A stretch of 64,000 nucleotides of DNA, from the NCBI GenBank assembly GCA_963665815.1, contig OY762463.1, positions 2,208,001 to 2,272,000 on the forward strand, written 5' to 3'. The DNA comes from Candidatus Cloacimonadales bacterium. GTDB lineage: Bacteria > Cloacimonadota > Cloacimonadia > Cloacimonadales > JAIOQZ01. Below are positions 49,067 to 59,847 of this stretch, piece after piece. Each line of letters opens with the position of its first letter. The stretch's first letter is position 1. The position numbers were made by a program, and so were the translations under genes. The notes below the pieces were generated by a model. That model made no database searches and was not told where the DNA came from. It was given only the letters and a program-made list of their open reading frames with translations.

Positions 49067-51724
49067 TTATTCATTTATTTTGTCATCAAGTAACTTCTTC
49101 ACAGCAGATGTCAGTTTAAAATGCGTATATGGTTTTGATACAAAATTGAATTCAGTTGAATTTATTCCCTTGCTTTTAAGTATATCATCAGTATATCCTG
49201 ATCCGAACAATATTTTTATATGTGGGTATTTTTCTTTTATAATTGATGAAAGTGTTCCTCCGTCCATTTCAGGCATAATTACATCAGTAAGTATTAGTTT
49301 GATATCCCGATTCATTGTTTTCAGTTTGTTCAGAGCCTCTCTACCGTTTACAGCAGTGATAATGTTATAACCTGCTGAAAGCAGAATCTGTCTGGTTATA
49401 TCCATTACTGCCTCATCATCTTCTACAATCAGAATCAGTTCCTGATTACCCTTTATGATGGTTCTGCTTTCTTCAATTTGCCTTGATTCTCCTGTTTCCT
49501 TTACCGGCCACAAAATCCTGAATTCGGTACCGATATTTACTTCACTCTCAACTGAGACATAACCCATATTCTGTTTTACAATACCATAGATCGTTGATAG
49601 TCCAAGCCCTGTACCTTTATTAACTCTTTTAGAAGTAAAGAACGGTTCAAAAATCTTATCAATAATATTATCGGGTATTCCTTTCCCATTGTCTTTTACA
49701 ATAATAAGAAGATAAAGTCCATCCTCAAGATCTCTGAATTCAGGATTAAACTCCTTACAGACTAATAGTTCATCGGTTTCAATCTGAATCACTCTGCGTC
49801 TGTTGAACAGTTCCTTTTCCTGTATTGCGTCTTTTGCATTAACAATAAGATTAATAAAAATTTGCTCTAATTGACCGGGGTCAGCTTCCACCTGATGAAG
49901 ATTACTCTGAAGATTCAATTCAATATCAATATCCTCAGGTACAAGCCTTCTTAACATTTTATACATATTATCAAGAAGATCATTGATGTCAATATGAACC
50001 GGATGCATTATTTCTTTTCTACTGAAAGCAAGAAGCTGTCTTGTCAAAAATGAAGCTTTGTTACCAGCATCAGAAATTTCATTTACAATATTTCTTATAT
50101 TCTCAGGAATTCCCGCATTGTGAATCAGAAGCTCAGCATAACCATTTATAATAGTTAAAAGATTGTTAAAATCGTGAGCAACACCTCCTGCAAGATTGCC
50201 GATAGCTTCCATTTTCTGTGATTGTCTTACGTGCTGCTCAAGCATTGTACTCTGAGTAATATCCCTAATAATAACGTGAAAAGCCGGTGTATTCCGGAAA
50301 TTTATCCTGTGACCAAGAGCCTCGTAATAATGCTTATCATCCATATTGTGAACAAGTTCAAAGCTATACAATTTCTTAGCTTCAGAGTCTTTCGACTCAA
50401 TGCTGGATTTTATATTGTTCCAGATTTTCTGACCGAAAATATCCTGAACTTTTATGTCTTCTGAATTATTATGATCAATATCAAAAAGCCTGCATATTGT
50501 ATTATTTGTAAAAACTAATTTGTCATTTTGAACAATAAAAATCCCTTCAAGTGAGCTTTCAACAAGATTTCTGTATTTCTCTTCACTTTCCTTCAAGTCT
50601 TTTTCAGCTTTTACTCGCGTTTCTATCTCTTTCTGTAAGTGTTCATTACTTTGTAATAAATTTTGAGTTCTTTCTGCAACCATCAGCTCAAGAATGTCCT
50701 TTGAATTTTCCAGTTCCTGCTGAGTTCGCAGTAACTCATTTACCATAAAATTGAAATTGCTGTAAAGTAATTCAATCTCATCGTCCTTGTGGGAAGAGTA
50801 TCGGATATTCTGAATATTACCATTGGCAATTGATTTAGATACTTGAGCAAGATTAATTATAGGCTCAGATATACTTCTGCTCAAAAAGAAACTTACAGCA
50901 ACAATGACAAGAATTAGAATAAGCATTATCAATATTGATGTAATGAAAAGACTATTCTGAATATGGTGATATTCTGAAAAGTTTACAAAAATAACGACTT
51001 TTCCTATAACCTCCTCATTATAGTCCCGGAGATTATCAACGCTGTAAAAGTATCTTCCAAACCTGAATAAATTGCCTGTTTCAGTAAACATCTTCGCGGT
51101 ATTGAGATGGCTTCTCTGTTCCAGATCATGATAACTGTCTGTTGCTGTTATTGTAAAATTATTCATTATCAATGCACAGTTTATGGGAAAATCATCAATA
51201 GCATATTTTTTTGTAATTACTAATCTGCCAAGAAACTTGTTCTTATACTCCAAAGGTATGATATTTGAAATGAGAATATTTGTGCTGTCGCTCCATATAA
51301 ATGGCTCATCATACTTGAATTTATTAAAATCGTAATATTTGGTTTCTCTTGAAAAATCAGATGTGGATTTATCGGAAACAAGAGGTTTCATCTCTTCACT
51401 GAGAATAATAATATTCTCAAACTGTTCCTGGGCTTTAAATTTTTTCAATGCATCATGTACCTGATAATAAACTTCATAGTATAATGGAACAATAAGATTT
51501 GCATTCTGGCTTATTTTAGCAGTTTGCTCTCTGTAACGCTTCTTACTGATCAATTCATGGTTCTTGTATGAAGCATTATGTATTTCCAGAAAATCTCTGG
51601 AGAAATTCTCGGAAGAAATTTTTATTACATGTAATTCAATAAAAAAGAATATTACAATTATTACAAAAGGTATAAAGAAGATTGTTCTGGAAATCTTCCA
51701 TTTGATTGATTTCATTTTATCCAT
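49067..51724 (-). CDS. Hybrid sensor histidine kinase (TM-HAMP-PAS-HisKA-HATPase-REC)
   Basis: QSQKMEAIGNLAGGVAHDFNNLL, EPFFTSK..GTGLGL, LTDVIMP. Confidence 0.93.
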   Translation of the reverse strand: MDKMKSIKWKISRTIFFIPFVIIVIFFFIELHVIKISSENFSRDFLEIHNASYKNHELISKKRYREQTAKISQNANLIVPLYYEVYYQVHDALKKFKAQEQFENIIILSEEMKPLVSDKSTSDFSRETKYYDFNKFKYDEPFIWSDSTNILISNIIPLEYKNKFLGRLVITKKYAIDDFPINCALIMNNFTITATDSYHDLEQRSHLNTAKMFTETGNLFRFGRYFYSVDNLRDYNEEVIGKVVIFVNFSEYHHIQNSLFITSILIMLILILVIVAVSFFLSRSISEPIINLAQVSKSIANGNIQNIRYSSHKDDEIELLYSNFNFMVNELLRTQQELENSKDILELMVAERTQNLLQSNEHLQKEIETRVKAEKDLKESEEKYRNLVESSLEGIFIVQNDKLVFTNNTICRLFDIDHNNSEDIKVQDIFGQKIWNNIKSSIESKDSEAKKLYSFELVHNMDDKHYYEALGHRINFRNTPAFHVIIRDITQSTMLEQHVRQSQKMEAIGNLAGGVAHDFNNLLTIINGYAELLIHNAGIPENIRNIVNEISDAGNKASFLTRQLLAFSRKEIMHPVHIDINDLLDNMYKMLRRLVPEDIDIELNLQSNLHQVEADPGQLEQIFINLIVNAKDAIQEKELFNRRRVIQIETDELLVCKEFNPEFRDLEDGLYLLIIVKDNGKGIPDNIIDKIFEPFFTSKRVNKGTGLGLSTIYGIVKQNMGYVSVESEVNIGTEFRILWPVKETGESRQIEESRTIIKGNQELILIVEDDEAVMDITRQILLSAGYNIITAVNGREALNKLKTMNRDIKLILTDVIMPEMDGGTLSSIIKEKYPHIKILFGSGYTDDILKSKGINSTEFNFVSKPYTHFKLTSAVKKLLDDKINE

Positions 51725-51725
51725 A

Positions 51726-52811
51726 TCATTTTTCTAATAGAGGAATTGTCTCATACAACTCATCAGCTATCATTTCGATATCCTTAGGAATATTTATTTT
51801 TAACTGTTCTGCCCTTTTCTTATTAAATACGATCATATAGCTTTTTGAATACAGAACAGGAACTTCATTAATCGACTTTTCATTTCTGAGCAGTTGTAAT
51901 GCAATATCAGCTGTTTCATTACCCATTTTCTGGAAATTTATTGCAACACCACCAAACAATCCAAGTCTGCAGAAATCGTAGTTTATTGCTATACCTGGTT
52001 TTTTGCTGTGCTCAAGGAAATATTTGAATGTAACAGGAGTACTTACCTGTTCGCCTTTCTTATTCAGGAGCCCAATAGCAGCATTATAAATAGCTCCGAC
52101 ATCTTTATCGTTATTCAATTTTTCTATGGCGACAGAAAGATCATTAAGAGTTTTCAGTCTTACGGTCTCAACCTCAAAATTCAATTTTTCATTTTTAAGT
52201 TCCAGATCTAATTGCTTTTTAATTGCATCTCCAGTTGTAGTCATATCGATAATTGCCACTATTTTTTTCATATCAGGAAAAATCTGATGCATTGTTTTAA
52301 AAGAACGGGCAAGATGGAGGTATTCATAAACTCCGGTCATGTTTTTTTCAGGATACCACTTATCCCCTACTTTCCTGAATGCACTGCTATAGTCCTCAGG
52401 CTGTTTATTCATACCTGAGAAAATAATGTGGAAATCTTCATCATATAGTTGAGATGCAACATATTTTATTGCATTATCATCTAAAACAAACAATATATCA
52501 GGCTTGAAAGCTTTGATTTTTTTTATAACAATTTCAGCCTGTTTAATCTTGTTTTCCTCGGATGCATTTACTGTTTTAGTCATCATAAAATAGTGCTCAT
52601 AGATGAAATGGAATTCGCTCTGCTCAAGAGTTTGCTTGATACCAACAGTCTGAGGAAAATCGCAAACATTCTTTTCATTGTAACTGTGCAGGATGAACAC
52701 TTTTTTTACTTTGCTCTTTAAAGTAGATTTCTGATTCTCAGCAACAAGTAAGCACAAGGATAAAAACAATATTATCAGAACGAGTATTCTTTTAAAAGTA
52801 TAATAAGACAT
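51726..52811 (-). CDS. ABC_sub_bind-type periplasmic binding protein
   Basis: ILHSY, FKPDILFVLDDNA, IIFSGMN, TGVYE, VFNKKRAEQLKINIP. Confidence 0.8.
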   Translation of the reverse strand: MSYYTFKRILVLIILFLSLCLLVAENQKSTLKSKVKKVFILHSYNEKNVCDFPQTVGIKQTLEQSEFHFIYEHYFMMTKTVNASEENKIKQAEIVIKKIKAFKPDILFVLDDNAIKYVASQLYDEDFHIIFSGMNKQPEDYSSAFRKVGDKWYPEKNMTGVYEYLHLARSFKTMHQIFPDMKKIVAIIDMTTTGDAIKKQLDLELKNEKLNFEVETVRLKTLNDLSVAIEKLNNDKDVGAIYNAAIGLLNKKGEQVSTPVTFKYFLEHSKKPGIAINYDFCRLGLFGGVAINFQKMGNETADIALQLLRNEKSINEVPVLYSKSYMIVFNKKRAEQLKINIPKDIEMIADELYETIPLLEK

Positions 52812-52854
52812 AAAGATCTCCGGAATTCTAAATAGAATTAATATAATAAGCTAT

Positions 52855-53012
52855 GAGAGCTTTGCATAATAGCAAAATCAAACAGCTTTATTAAAAAAGT
52901 ATCGATGAGATTTTTGAATTCATCAAGTGAACTTCTTAGAGAAGCTTATTCTTAGTCAAAGCTTGATAAATTTTAAAATCGACTCAACTACTATAATTAT
53001 GCAAAGGTTTCA
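52855..53012. mobile_element. MITE-like palindromic element (~158 bp)
   Basis: TIRs GAGAGCTTTGCATAA / TTATGCAAAGGTTTC; colinear with the 20976 copy; flanked by CTAT on both sides. Confidence 0.8.
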
Positions 53013-53346
53013 CTATTTATAATTACAATATAATCTCTTTTTAAATCTATTAACACAAAAATAATATAAATAATGATCCCCGAACATGGGAGTATGTTGA
53101 CTTTGGCTTTTGAACTACTAAATATTTACCAACAACAACAGACTAATGAGTACCTTCATGAGATTTCTAATGTTCCTCAAAAATCCGATACAAACTAAGT
53201 CAGATTCTGCTGTTTGGGGACAAAATCCCTTTATGAAATTAATTCATATCTTCTGTCAGGTTTTGTCAAATAAAAGAATACAAAATCAAATAATTGACAT
53301 AAAACAAGGATTATTTTTATTTAGAAAAAAAGATTTGAAGGTGATC

Positions 53347-54186
53347 ATGAATTTTCAGAACATGGTATTCAGTTTACAAAAATATTGGGCAGAACATAAC
53401 TGTAATGTAATACAACCATATGACGTTGAAATGGGAGCAGGTACTTTCCATCCGGCAACATTCTTCGGAGCTCTCGGGAGTAAACCTACATCTGTAGCAT
53501 ATATTCAACCTTGCAGAAGACCTAAAGACGGTCGTTATGGTGAAAATCCCAACAGACTTCAGCATTATTATCAGTTTCAGGTAATTATAAAACCAACACC
53601 GGATAATATTCAGGACTTATATCTTAAAAGTCTGGAAGCTATCGGAGTAAATATAAAAGAGCACGATATCCGTTTTGTTGAAGATGACTGGGAATCTCCT
53701 ACACTCGGTGCCTGGGGACTTGGCTGGGAGGTCTGGCTTGACGGTATGGAAATATCTCAGTTTACATATTTCCAGCAGGTTGGCGGTATAGACTGTTTTC
53801 CTGTGACTGTTGAGCTTACTTACGGACTTGAACGTCTCGCAATGTATATCCAGAATGTAGATGACTATAGAGATCTGCAATGGAATGATACAACTAAGTA
53901 CGGAGAACTGTTCTTTCAGAAGGAAGTAGAATACAGTAATTTTAACTTCCATGAAGCGAATATAGAATTGAAAAGACAGGAGTTTGAGAACTTCGAGAAG
54001 GAAATACCAAGGCTGCTTGATAAAAAACTCACTTTCCCGGCTTATGATTATCTTCTGAAAGCTTCCCACGTGTTCAATCTGTTAGATTCTCGCGGAGTTG
54101 TAAGCGTGACGGAAAGAGCGGCGTATATCCTCAGAATACGCAATATGGCTAAAAAATGTGCTGAAACTTATATAGACTCTGAATAG
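53347..54186 (+). CDS. glyQ: Glycine--tRNA ligase alpha subunit
   Basis: [62 protein letters not shown]. Start set at MNFQ. Confidence 0.98.
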   Translation: MNFQNMVFSLQKYWAEHNCNVIQPYDVEMGAGTFHPATFFGALGSKPTSVAYIQPCRRPKDGRYGENPNRLQHYYQFQVIIKPTPDNIQDLYLKSLEAIGVNIKEHDIRFVEDDWESPTLGAWGLGWEVWLDGMEISQFTYFQQVGGIDCFPVTVELTYGLERLAMYIQNVDDYRDLQWNDTTKYGELFFQKEVEYSNFNFHEANIELKRQEFENFEKEIPRLLDKKLTFPAYDYLLKASHVFNLLDSRGVVSVTERAAYILRIRNMAKKCAETYIDSE

Positions 54187-54206
54187 AAAACAAGAGCAAA
54201 AATTTT

Positions 54207-54240
54207 TACAGGCTGCGGATTTTTCTGTGGCCTTTTTTTA
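54207..54240 (+). terminator. glyQ terminator; also the left copy of a ~33-bp direct repeat
   Basis: AGGCTGCGGA-TTTT-TCTGTGGCCT followed by a T-tract. Confidence 0.8.
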
Positions 54241-54746
54241 TTGACAAATTCCTGAAACGCTATTAACAATTGCATTGTTATTTTGTTTTGTGGGTGGAAA
54301 ATACCCGATAATGTAGAATTGGTAACGCTTAACAGCATTTGTGTGTGAATTTCAAAAACCGGATACCTTATTAAAATGCCCTCTAATCAAGAAATTTCTG
54401 CATCATGTTTCTTTATCATTGTATAGTAAATTTTTCCGTTTAGAAATCCTGAAGCCTTGGAAGGATTTCAGGGAAGATTTACGGTTACAGCTTGCTGTAA
54501 ATACATTTTGATAAAGATGTCATTTCTTTTGCTTCGTTTTCTTTGGACATTCAAAGAAAATGAAGGTAGCTCAACTTCGAAAACAAGAAAGGCAAATTAT
54601 AACCCCCAAAAAGTGAGGATTACAGTATGAAACACTGGTTTTTTCCATAAGCAGGAATATTGAAATATAAAGAAATAACTAACAACATAACTGTAAAAAT
54701 TTGACAAGCAAAACGATTTAACTATAATTAAGAAAAAAGAAAAAGT

Positions 54747-55685
54747 ATGAAAAATATATTAATTATAATATTTGCTGCAAATCTATCAATTATTCTTTTT
54801 GGTGAAAATCAAATTCGATTCGAACCAGACAACATCGAAGTTATTGATGGAAAATCTTACATATTGTTTCATTTAGAAGATCATTATGCATCTAGAGATG
54901 ATATGAGCCGAGAAAGTGTTAGCAACACGAACACAAGAGTTTCATCAGGTGTAGATGGTGGAGTCCAACCTAAGTTCACCTCAGCATTCAAGAAAAGCAG
55001 AGATTTTGTGAAGTTCAGTTATCAGAATCCAAAATTTATTTTCTCAAACTTATCTTACAAAGACTTTGAACAATATGGAAAGAATTATGACAAAATACCT
55101 TATCAATTACCTGAAGAAATTTTAGGGAGCCTTACAACTGAAGAACTGATTCTTTATTGCTGTGACCACCCAAGTCTGAAATTTGCATCAATAAGAACAT
55201 GTGCTAAAAGTAAGTTGGCAATAGAAAAGGATGAGCCTGAAGCTCTATCACAATTTAATGGTTACAAGGAACTAATCAGAAGAAGCAATTTCATCCTTGA
55301 AATATTGGACTTATTAGAAGAAAGTTGCATTGAAAATTCAGAGAGGAAAAAAAACATTGAAAAATATATAGTAACGGGTAATATATACAAGAATTATGAT
55401 GATATATCCATACTAGCAGGTGCTTTGTTTAGCTTAATATCTTCCAGATCAATTTATCATTCTATTACTGAGCAAGACAGAATAAATGTTACATTGTTAG
55501 TAAAAAAAATGTACGAATCGAGATTATTTAGCTCTTCAGTGGGACTTTATGCATTTCTTATTAACTACCACTATGAACACATTGCTAAATGGAGAGAGTA
55601 TTTTGTTTATGAAAGCCCAGTAATAATTAGTATAAAAAAGGACTTGAGTGATGTTTTTTACCTGCTTGCACGAGGTGCAGAATGA
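54747..55685 (+). CDS. Hypothetical exported protein
   Basis: 312-aa ORF with a signal-like N-terminus; stop overlaps the next ATG (ATGA). Confidence 0.65.
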   Translation: MKNILIIIFAANLSIILFGENQIRFEPDNIEVIDGKSYILFHLEDHYASRDDMSRESVSNTNTRVSSGVDGGVQPKFTSAFKKSRDFVKFSYQNPKFIFSNLSYKDFEQYGKNYDKIPYQLPEEILGSLTTEELILYCCDHPSLKFASIRTCAKSKLAIEKDEPEALSQFNGYKELIRRSNFILEILDLLEESCIENSERKKNIEKYIVTGNIYKNYDDISILAGALFSLISSRSIYHSITEQDRINVTLLVKKMYESRLFSSSVGLYAFLINYHYEHIAKWREYFVYESPVIISIKKDLSDVFYLLARGAE

Positions 55686-56972
55686 AACGCAATTATATTT
55701 TCATGATTGTTCTAGTCACATTCTCATCCCTTTTCTGTGATTTTGATTTAGGTGATGTTCACTATCAAATTTCACCTCAGGTTCCAGAAGGACACTTCGT
55801 TTTGATACTGAATATACGGTATTAGATGGACCAGACTTAGCGGACAACAGTGTAGTTATAAGACCTGGCGTTGGTACTTTTTATGGAATAATTGATTCGC
55901 AACTTCAAACAGAGGATAGAATTTATTCGATTTCAGGGCTTAACACTACTTGCCGGACATACATCTATGCTACGGATAATAGAAACATTGACATATCTCT
56001 AACCATGCCTCAGGGTGTTAATTATACATTCTATGTTAAAGAATGTATAAATCATACAATAGTTGCATCAAATAACACTTTTGGAAACAAAAGTACTTCA
56101 TTTGCACCTCCTTCAGTAACTCAGTACAATATATATTTCACAAGACAACATGATCCAGATTTGTTAGGATTCACATTCACAATAAATTATAACTGCTATC
56201 AGGAAATGGATTTAAAGTTAAGATATCCTGCACCAGATTTAACATTAGCTGGCTGGACTGATACATGGGGATACTTAAGTCTTATGGCATTAACCATACC
56301 TGATGAGGATCCTGATCCAACAATAACTAAAACATATGAATACTACACTTTGGAGCTTATAATGTATAATTATGTTGAAGATACAGATTTATCATTGAAG
56401 TACATGTTCGATACAAATTTTCCACGATATACTCTTTTAGGCGATGATGTTATCCTTGAGAATAGATGGAATGGTCATGGACACGGAGACCTATATTGGG
56501 CAGTAAGACCAATGTCACTTGAGTGGGACTTCTATTATGTTGTATACGAAACAGATTCATTCTATGAGGGGGCAGTATCTATACAGGGAACTCACACTGT
56601 AGACAATAATTGTCATAGTTATGCATGACTACCTTCTGAAACATATCCCAATTATTGGATGAATTATCCAACAAATCATACAGAAGGTTGTGTTATAACA
56701 AATACACTGGATGAGCATGCAGAAGTTGCAATTTATGAAACTACAAATGCAGATGGTACAACAACCCCAATCCTTTTAATCCATCAACTACAATTTCGTA
56801 TAATCTTGCTAAGAACACTTCAAGACCTGAAATCTGCATATACAACATAAAAGGACAGAAAGTGAAGACCTTTAAGCTGCAAGCAGAAGAGGGAGAAAAC
56901 AAAGTTATCTGGAACGGAGAGGACGAGAATAACAAATCTGTTGCATCCGGAGTGTACTTCTACAGGCTGCAG
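55682..56972 (+). pseudogene. Disrupted gene for a secreted CTD-bearing protein
   Basis: Signal peptide in frame 2, frameshift at ~55760-55820 into frame 1, in-frame TGA at 56626, second shift at ~56757 into NNPNPFNPSTT..SGVYFYRL, CTD truncated. Confidence 0.75.
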
Positions 56973-56991
56973 ATTTTCTGTGGCCTTTTTA
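56961..56991 (+). repeat. Right copy of the ~33-bp direct repeat / terminator-like hairpin
   Basis: TACAGGCTGCAGATTTTCTGTGGCCTTTTTA vs TACAGGCTGCGGATTTTTCTGTGGCCTTTTTTTA at 54207. Confidence 0.8.
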
Positions 56992-57198
56992 TTATTAGTC
57001 CTCTATATTTATCCTGAACTCCATTTCCACAACTAACACAAAACATTAACAAGTATCAAACAAAGTTTCAAAGTAACTGACATGGAATCGAGATGTATAA
57101 AGGAATGAAGACAGAATCATTAAAAAAATGTCAGAAAATAGTTTGACATTATAAAATGACTGAAGCTTATTTTTGATAGCAAAAAAATTGGAGTCTAT

Positions 57199-59793
57199 AT
57201 GAAGCAAATTACAATTCTATTTTTATTTCTCACCATAAGTACGTTCATCTCATCCACTCCCGTTCAACCTGTAGGTTCAGGAACTGAAATTGATCCGTAT
57301 ATTATTGAAACTTTAGATAATTTGGAATGGCTCAGTACAACCAGCTCAAGCTGGGGTGGGTACTTCATCCAGACAACAGATATTGATGCATCAGATACAC
57401 AGAACTGGAACGGAGGAGAAGGTTTTATGCCTATTGGCACCGGAAGCTCTTTCTATGGAACTTATGATGGACAATACAATAAAATCAGTAATCTGAATAT
57501 TAACAGATCTTCAACTAATAATCAAGCATTTTTTTACAAGCTTCATACAACTGGAACACTTAGTAACATAGTTCTTGAAAACGTTAGTGTGACAGGTAAC
57601 TACAATGTAAGTGCTCTTGTAAGCTTTGTTAATCAGGGACATGTAAGAAACTGTTCTTCTTCAGGATCTGTTTCTGCAACAGGAACTGCTGGTGGTTTGA
57701 TTGGTACAACTTATAATGGAGCTGAAGTATCTAAGTGTTTCAGCTCATGTAATGTCAGTGGTCAAACTTATCTTGGTGGGTTAATTGGTAACATGTCTGA
57801 CTATTGCTTAATAGCTAATTGCTATGCACGAGGAAATGTTACCGGAACAAACACAAAAGGCGGATTAATAGGGTCAAGCTACTATCTGTATCAAAGTCAA
57901 GTACACAACTCCTATAGTACCGGATATGTATCTTCAGGATCATGGAGTGGTGGTCTCATAGGTGATGATGGAGTTGCTCATAATTGCTTCTGGGATATGC
58001 AGACTTCCTCAATGACATCAAGTGATGGAGGAACAGGAAAAGTTACATCTGAAATGCAGACTATTTCAACTTATACGGATTTAACAACTGCAGGCCTCGA
58101 TGCTGCCTGGGATTTTACAGGAACACAGTTTGATGATGCTGCGACAGAAGATATCTGGGCTTTCTCAGTTGGATTTAACGACAACTATCCTGTTCTTTCA
58201 TGGCAGATTCTGAAAGCAGAATTCACATCAGTAACAGCTACAACAACAGGAGATACAATATATTTCTCAGACCTCTCAACAGGTAATCCAACATCCTGGG
58301 CGTGGGATTTTGACAATAATGGCTCAATAGATTCAAATGATGAGAATCCGCAATGGGTTTATTCTTCACCAGGCGTCTACACAGTAAAACTCACCGTGTC
58401 CGGAGCTCAAGGTTCTGACACTGAAATAAAAACAGATTATATTACAATTACAACAGCAAGCACGACAAACGGACTCGTTGCCTACTATCCGCTTGGTGAT
58501 GATTCAGACGATTACAGTGGAAATAATTACCATGGAACAGGTTCTAACCTTACTCCTGCAGTCGATAGATTTGGGATAAGCGACAAAGCCTACAGCTTTA
58601 ACGGTACATCATTAATTGAGATTCCGAGAATGGTTCAGGATGATTTCACAATAGCTTTCTGGTTGAAAACTGACATGAACGCTGGTGGAACTGCTAATTT
58701 CTGGGATGGTCCTGGACTTGTCTGCGGAGAAGTAAACGGAGTTACGAATGATTATGGTATTACTTATGGTACCGGTCAGGTAAACTACGGAACAGGTAGT
58801 CCGGATGTGACAATATCCAGTTCAAACCTGTCAGATGACCAATGGCATTTTGTTACTGCAACCAGAAATATGAGTACCGGAGAAATAAAATTGTATGTTG
58901 ATGGTGAACTCGTTTCCTCAGACACAGGCTCAACAAACTCTTTGAATGCAGAAACAACTCTTCGAATTGGTAAATCCAGATATAACGCATATTTTGACGG
59001 ATTGATGGATGATTTCCGATTCTATGACAGAGTTTTGTATGATTCTGAGATTGGGTTACTTTTCAACGAACCTTCCTCAAATGCTACGAGAGAAATTACT
59101 CTTGATTCTGACAGCAGTATTGATTTTGGTCAGGTTTATTACGATTCTGATAGTTCGGTAAATGTTGTTCTGACAAATACAGGCAATGTTATTGTTGATG
59201 TTTCAGATATCAGTTTTGTTAATGCTTCAGCGATATTCGTAACCTCAGATGAATCTATGATGTTGAATCCGGGACAAACTGACACAATCATGGTTACATT
59301 TACACCGGCTGCAGAAACGGTATATTCCGATACATTGAGAATTGTAAATAACTCGACAAACAATCCTGTAATTAATATTCCTCTTATAGGGGAAGGAGTT
59401 TACGATAACATACCTGCACCTCAAAACGTTAACATTGCTCTGGTAAACGGTAATGCGGAAATCACCTGGGATGCTGTGACACAAACCGAACATGGTATAG
59501 ATGTCAGCATTGATTTCTATGTTATAAACTACAGCGAAACCGCAGAGAACGACCCTGATGCTTACTATCACCTGACAGCCACAACAAACATAAGCTTTAT
59601 CCATAACAGAGTGGCTCAGTTCAGCGAAAGCATGTACTATCAGGTTATAGCGATAAGGGATTATCAGGGCGAATATACAACTCAGGCGAACGGTAATGTT
59701 ATCCTTTCTTCAGACAGAAGCAATTCGTCAAATACATCAGATACAACCCGTAAAACCTGGGGAGAATTAAAAAGAGAATTGAATATAGATTAG
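57199..59793 (+). CDS. Secreted GLUG-repeat + PKD + LamG + ASH/Ig-like protein
   Basis: GSGTEIDPYII, GGLIG repeats, PTSWAWDFDNNG, WHFVTATR..LYVDG..DDFRFYDR, IDFGQV..LTNTGN. Confidence 0.85.
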   Translation: MKQITILFLFLTISTFISSTPVQPVGSGTEIDPYIIETLDNLEWLSTTSSSWGGYFIQTTDIDASDTQNWNGGEGFMPIGTGSSFYGTYDGQYNKISNLNINRSSTNNQAFFYKLHTTGTLSNIVLENVSVTGNYNVSALVSFVNQGHVRNCSSSGSVSATGTAGGLIGTTYNGAEVSKCFSSCNVSGQTYLGGLIGNMSDYCLIANCYARGNVTGTNTKGGLIGSSYYLYQSQVHNSYSTGYVSSGSWSGGLIGDDGVAHNCFWDMQTSSMTSSDGGTGKVTSEMQTISTYTDLTTAGLDAAWDFTGTQFDDAATEDIWAFSVGFNDNYPVLSWQILKAEFTSVTATTTGDTIYFSDLSTGNPTSWAWDFDNNGSIDSNDENPQWVYSSPGVYTVKLTVSGAQGSDTEIKTDYITITTASTTNGLVAYYPLGDDSDDYSGNNYHGTGSNLTPAVDRFGISDKAYSFNGTSLIEIPRMVQDDFTIAFWLKTDMNAGGTANFWDGPGLVCGEVNGVTNDYGITYGTGQVNYGTGSPDVTISSSNLSDDQWHFVTATRNMSTGEIKLYVDGELVSSDTGSTNSLNAETTLRIGKSRYNAYFDGLMDDFRFYDRVLYDSEIGLLFNEPSSNATREITLDSDSSIDFGQVYYDSDSSVNVVLTNTGNVIVDVSDISFVNASAIFVTSDESMMLNPGQTDTIMVTFTPAAETVYSDTLRIVNNSTNNPVINIPLIGEGVYDNIPAPQNVNIALVNGNAEITWDAVTQTEHGIDVSIDFYVINYSETAENDPDAYYHLTATTNISFIHNRVAQFSESMYYQVIAIRDYQGEYTTQANGNVILSSDRSNSSNTSDTTRKTWGELKRELNID

Positions 59794-59817
59794 TAATCAG
59801 CTTAAGATATAAAGACG

Positions 59818-59847
59818 CAGGCTTCCATAATCGGGAGCCTGTTTTTT
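59818..59847 (+). terminator. Rho-independent terminator
   Basis: CAGGCTTCC-ATAATC-GGGAGCCTG followed by T6. Confidence 0.85.

Noticed and set aside
53146-53346. 67-aa N-terminal extension of GlyQ in the ORF track
   Set aside because: Homology starts at MNFQ (53347). The upstream part contains a TTGACA promoter-like sequence and a GAAGGTG RBS.
53013-53346. T-box or other riboswitch upstream of glyQ
   Set aside because: No GGTGG(T/A)ACC T-box or other recognisable aptamer consensus found by eye
56626-56628. TGA as selenocysteine or Trp recoding
   Set aside because: The same gene has two frameshifts, TGA terminates other genes here, and there is no redox motif context
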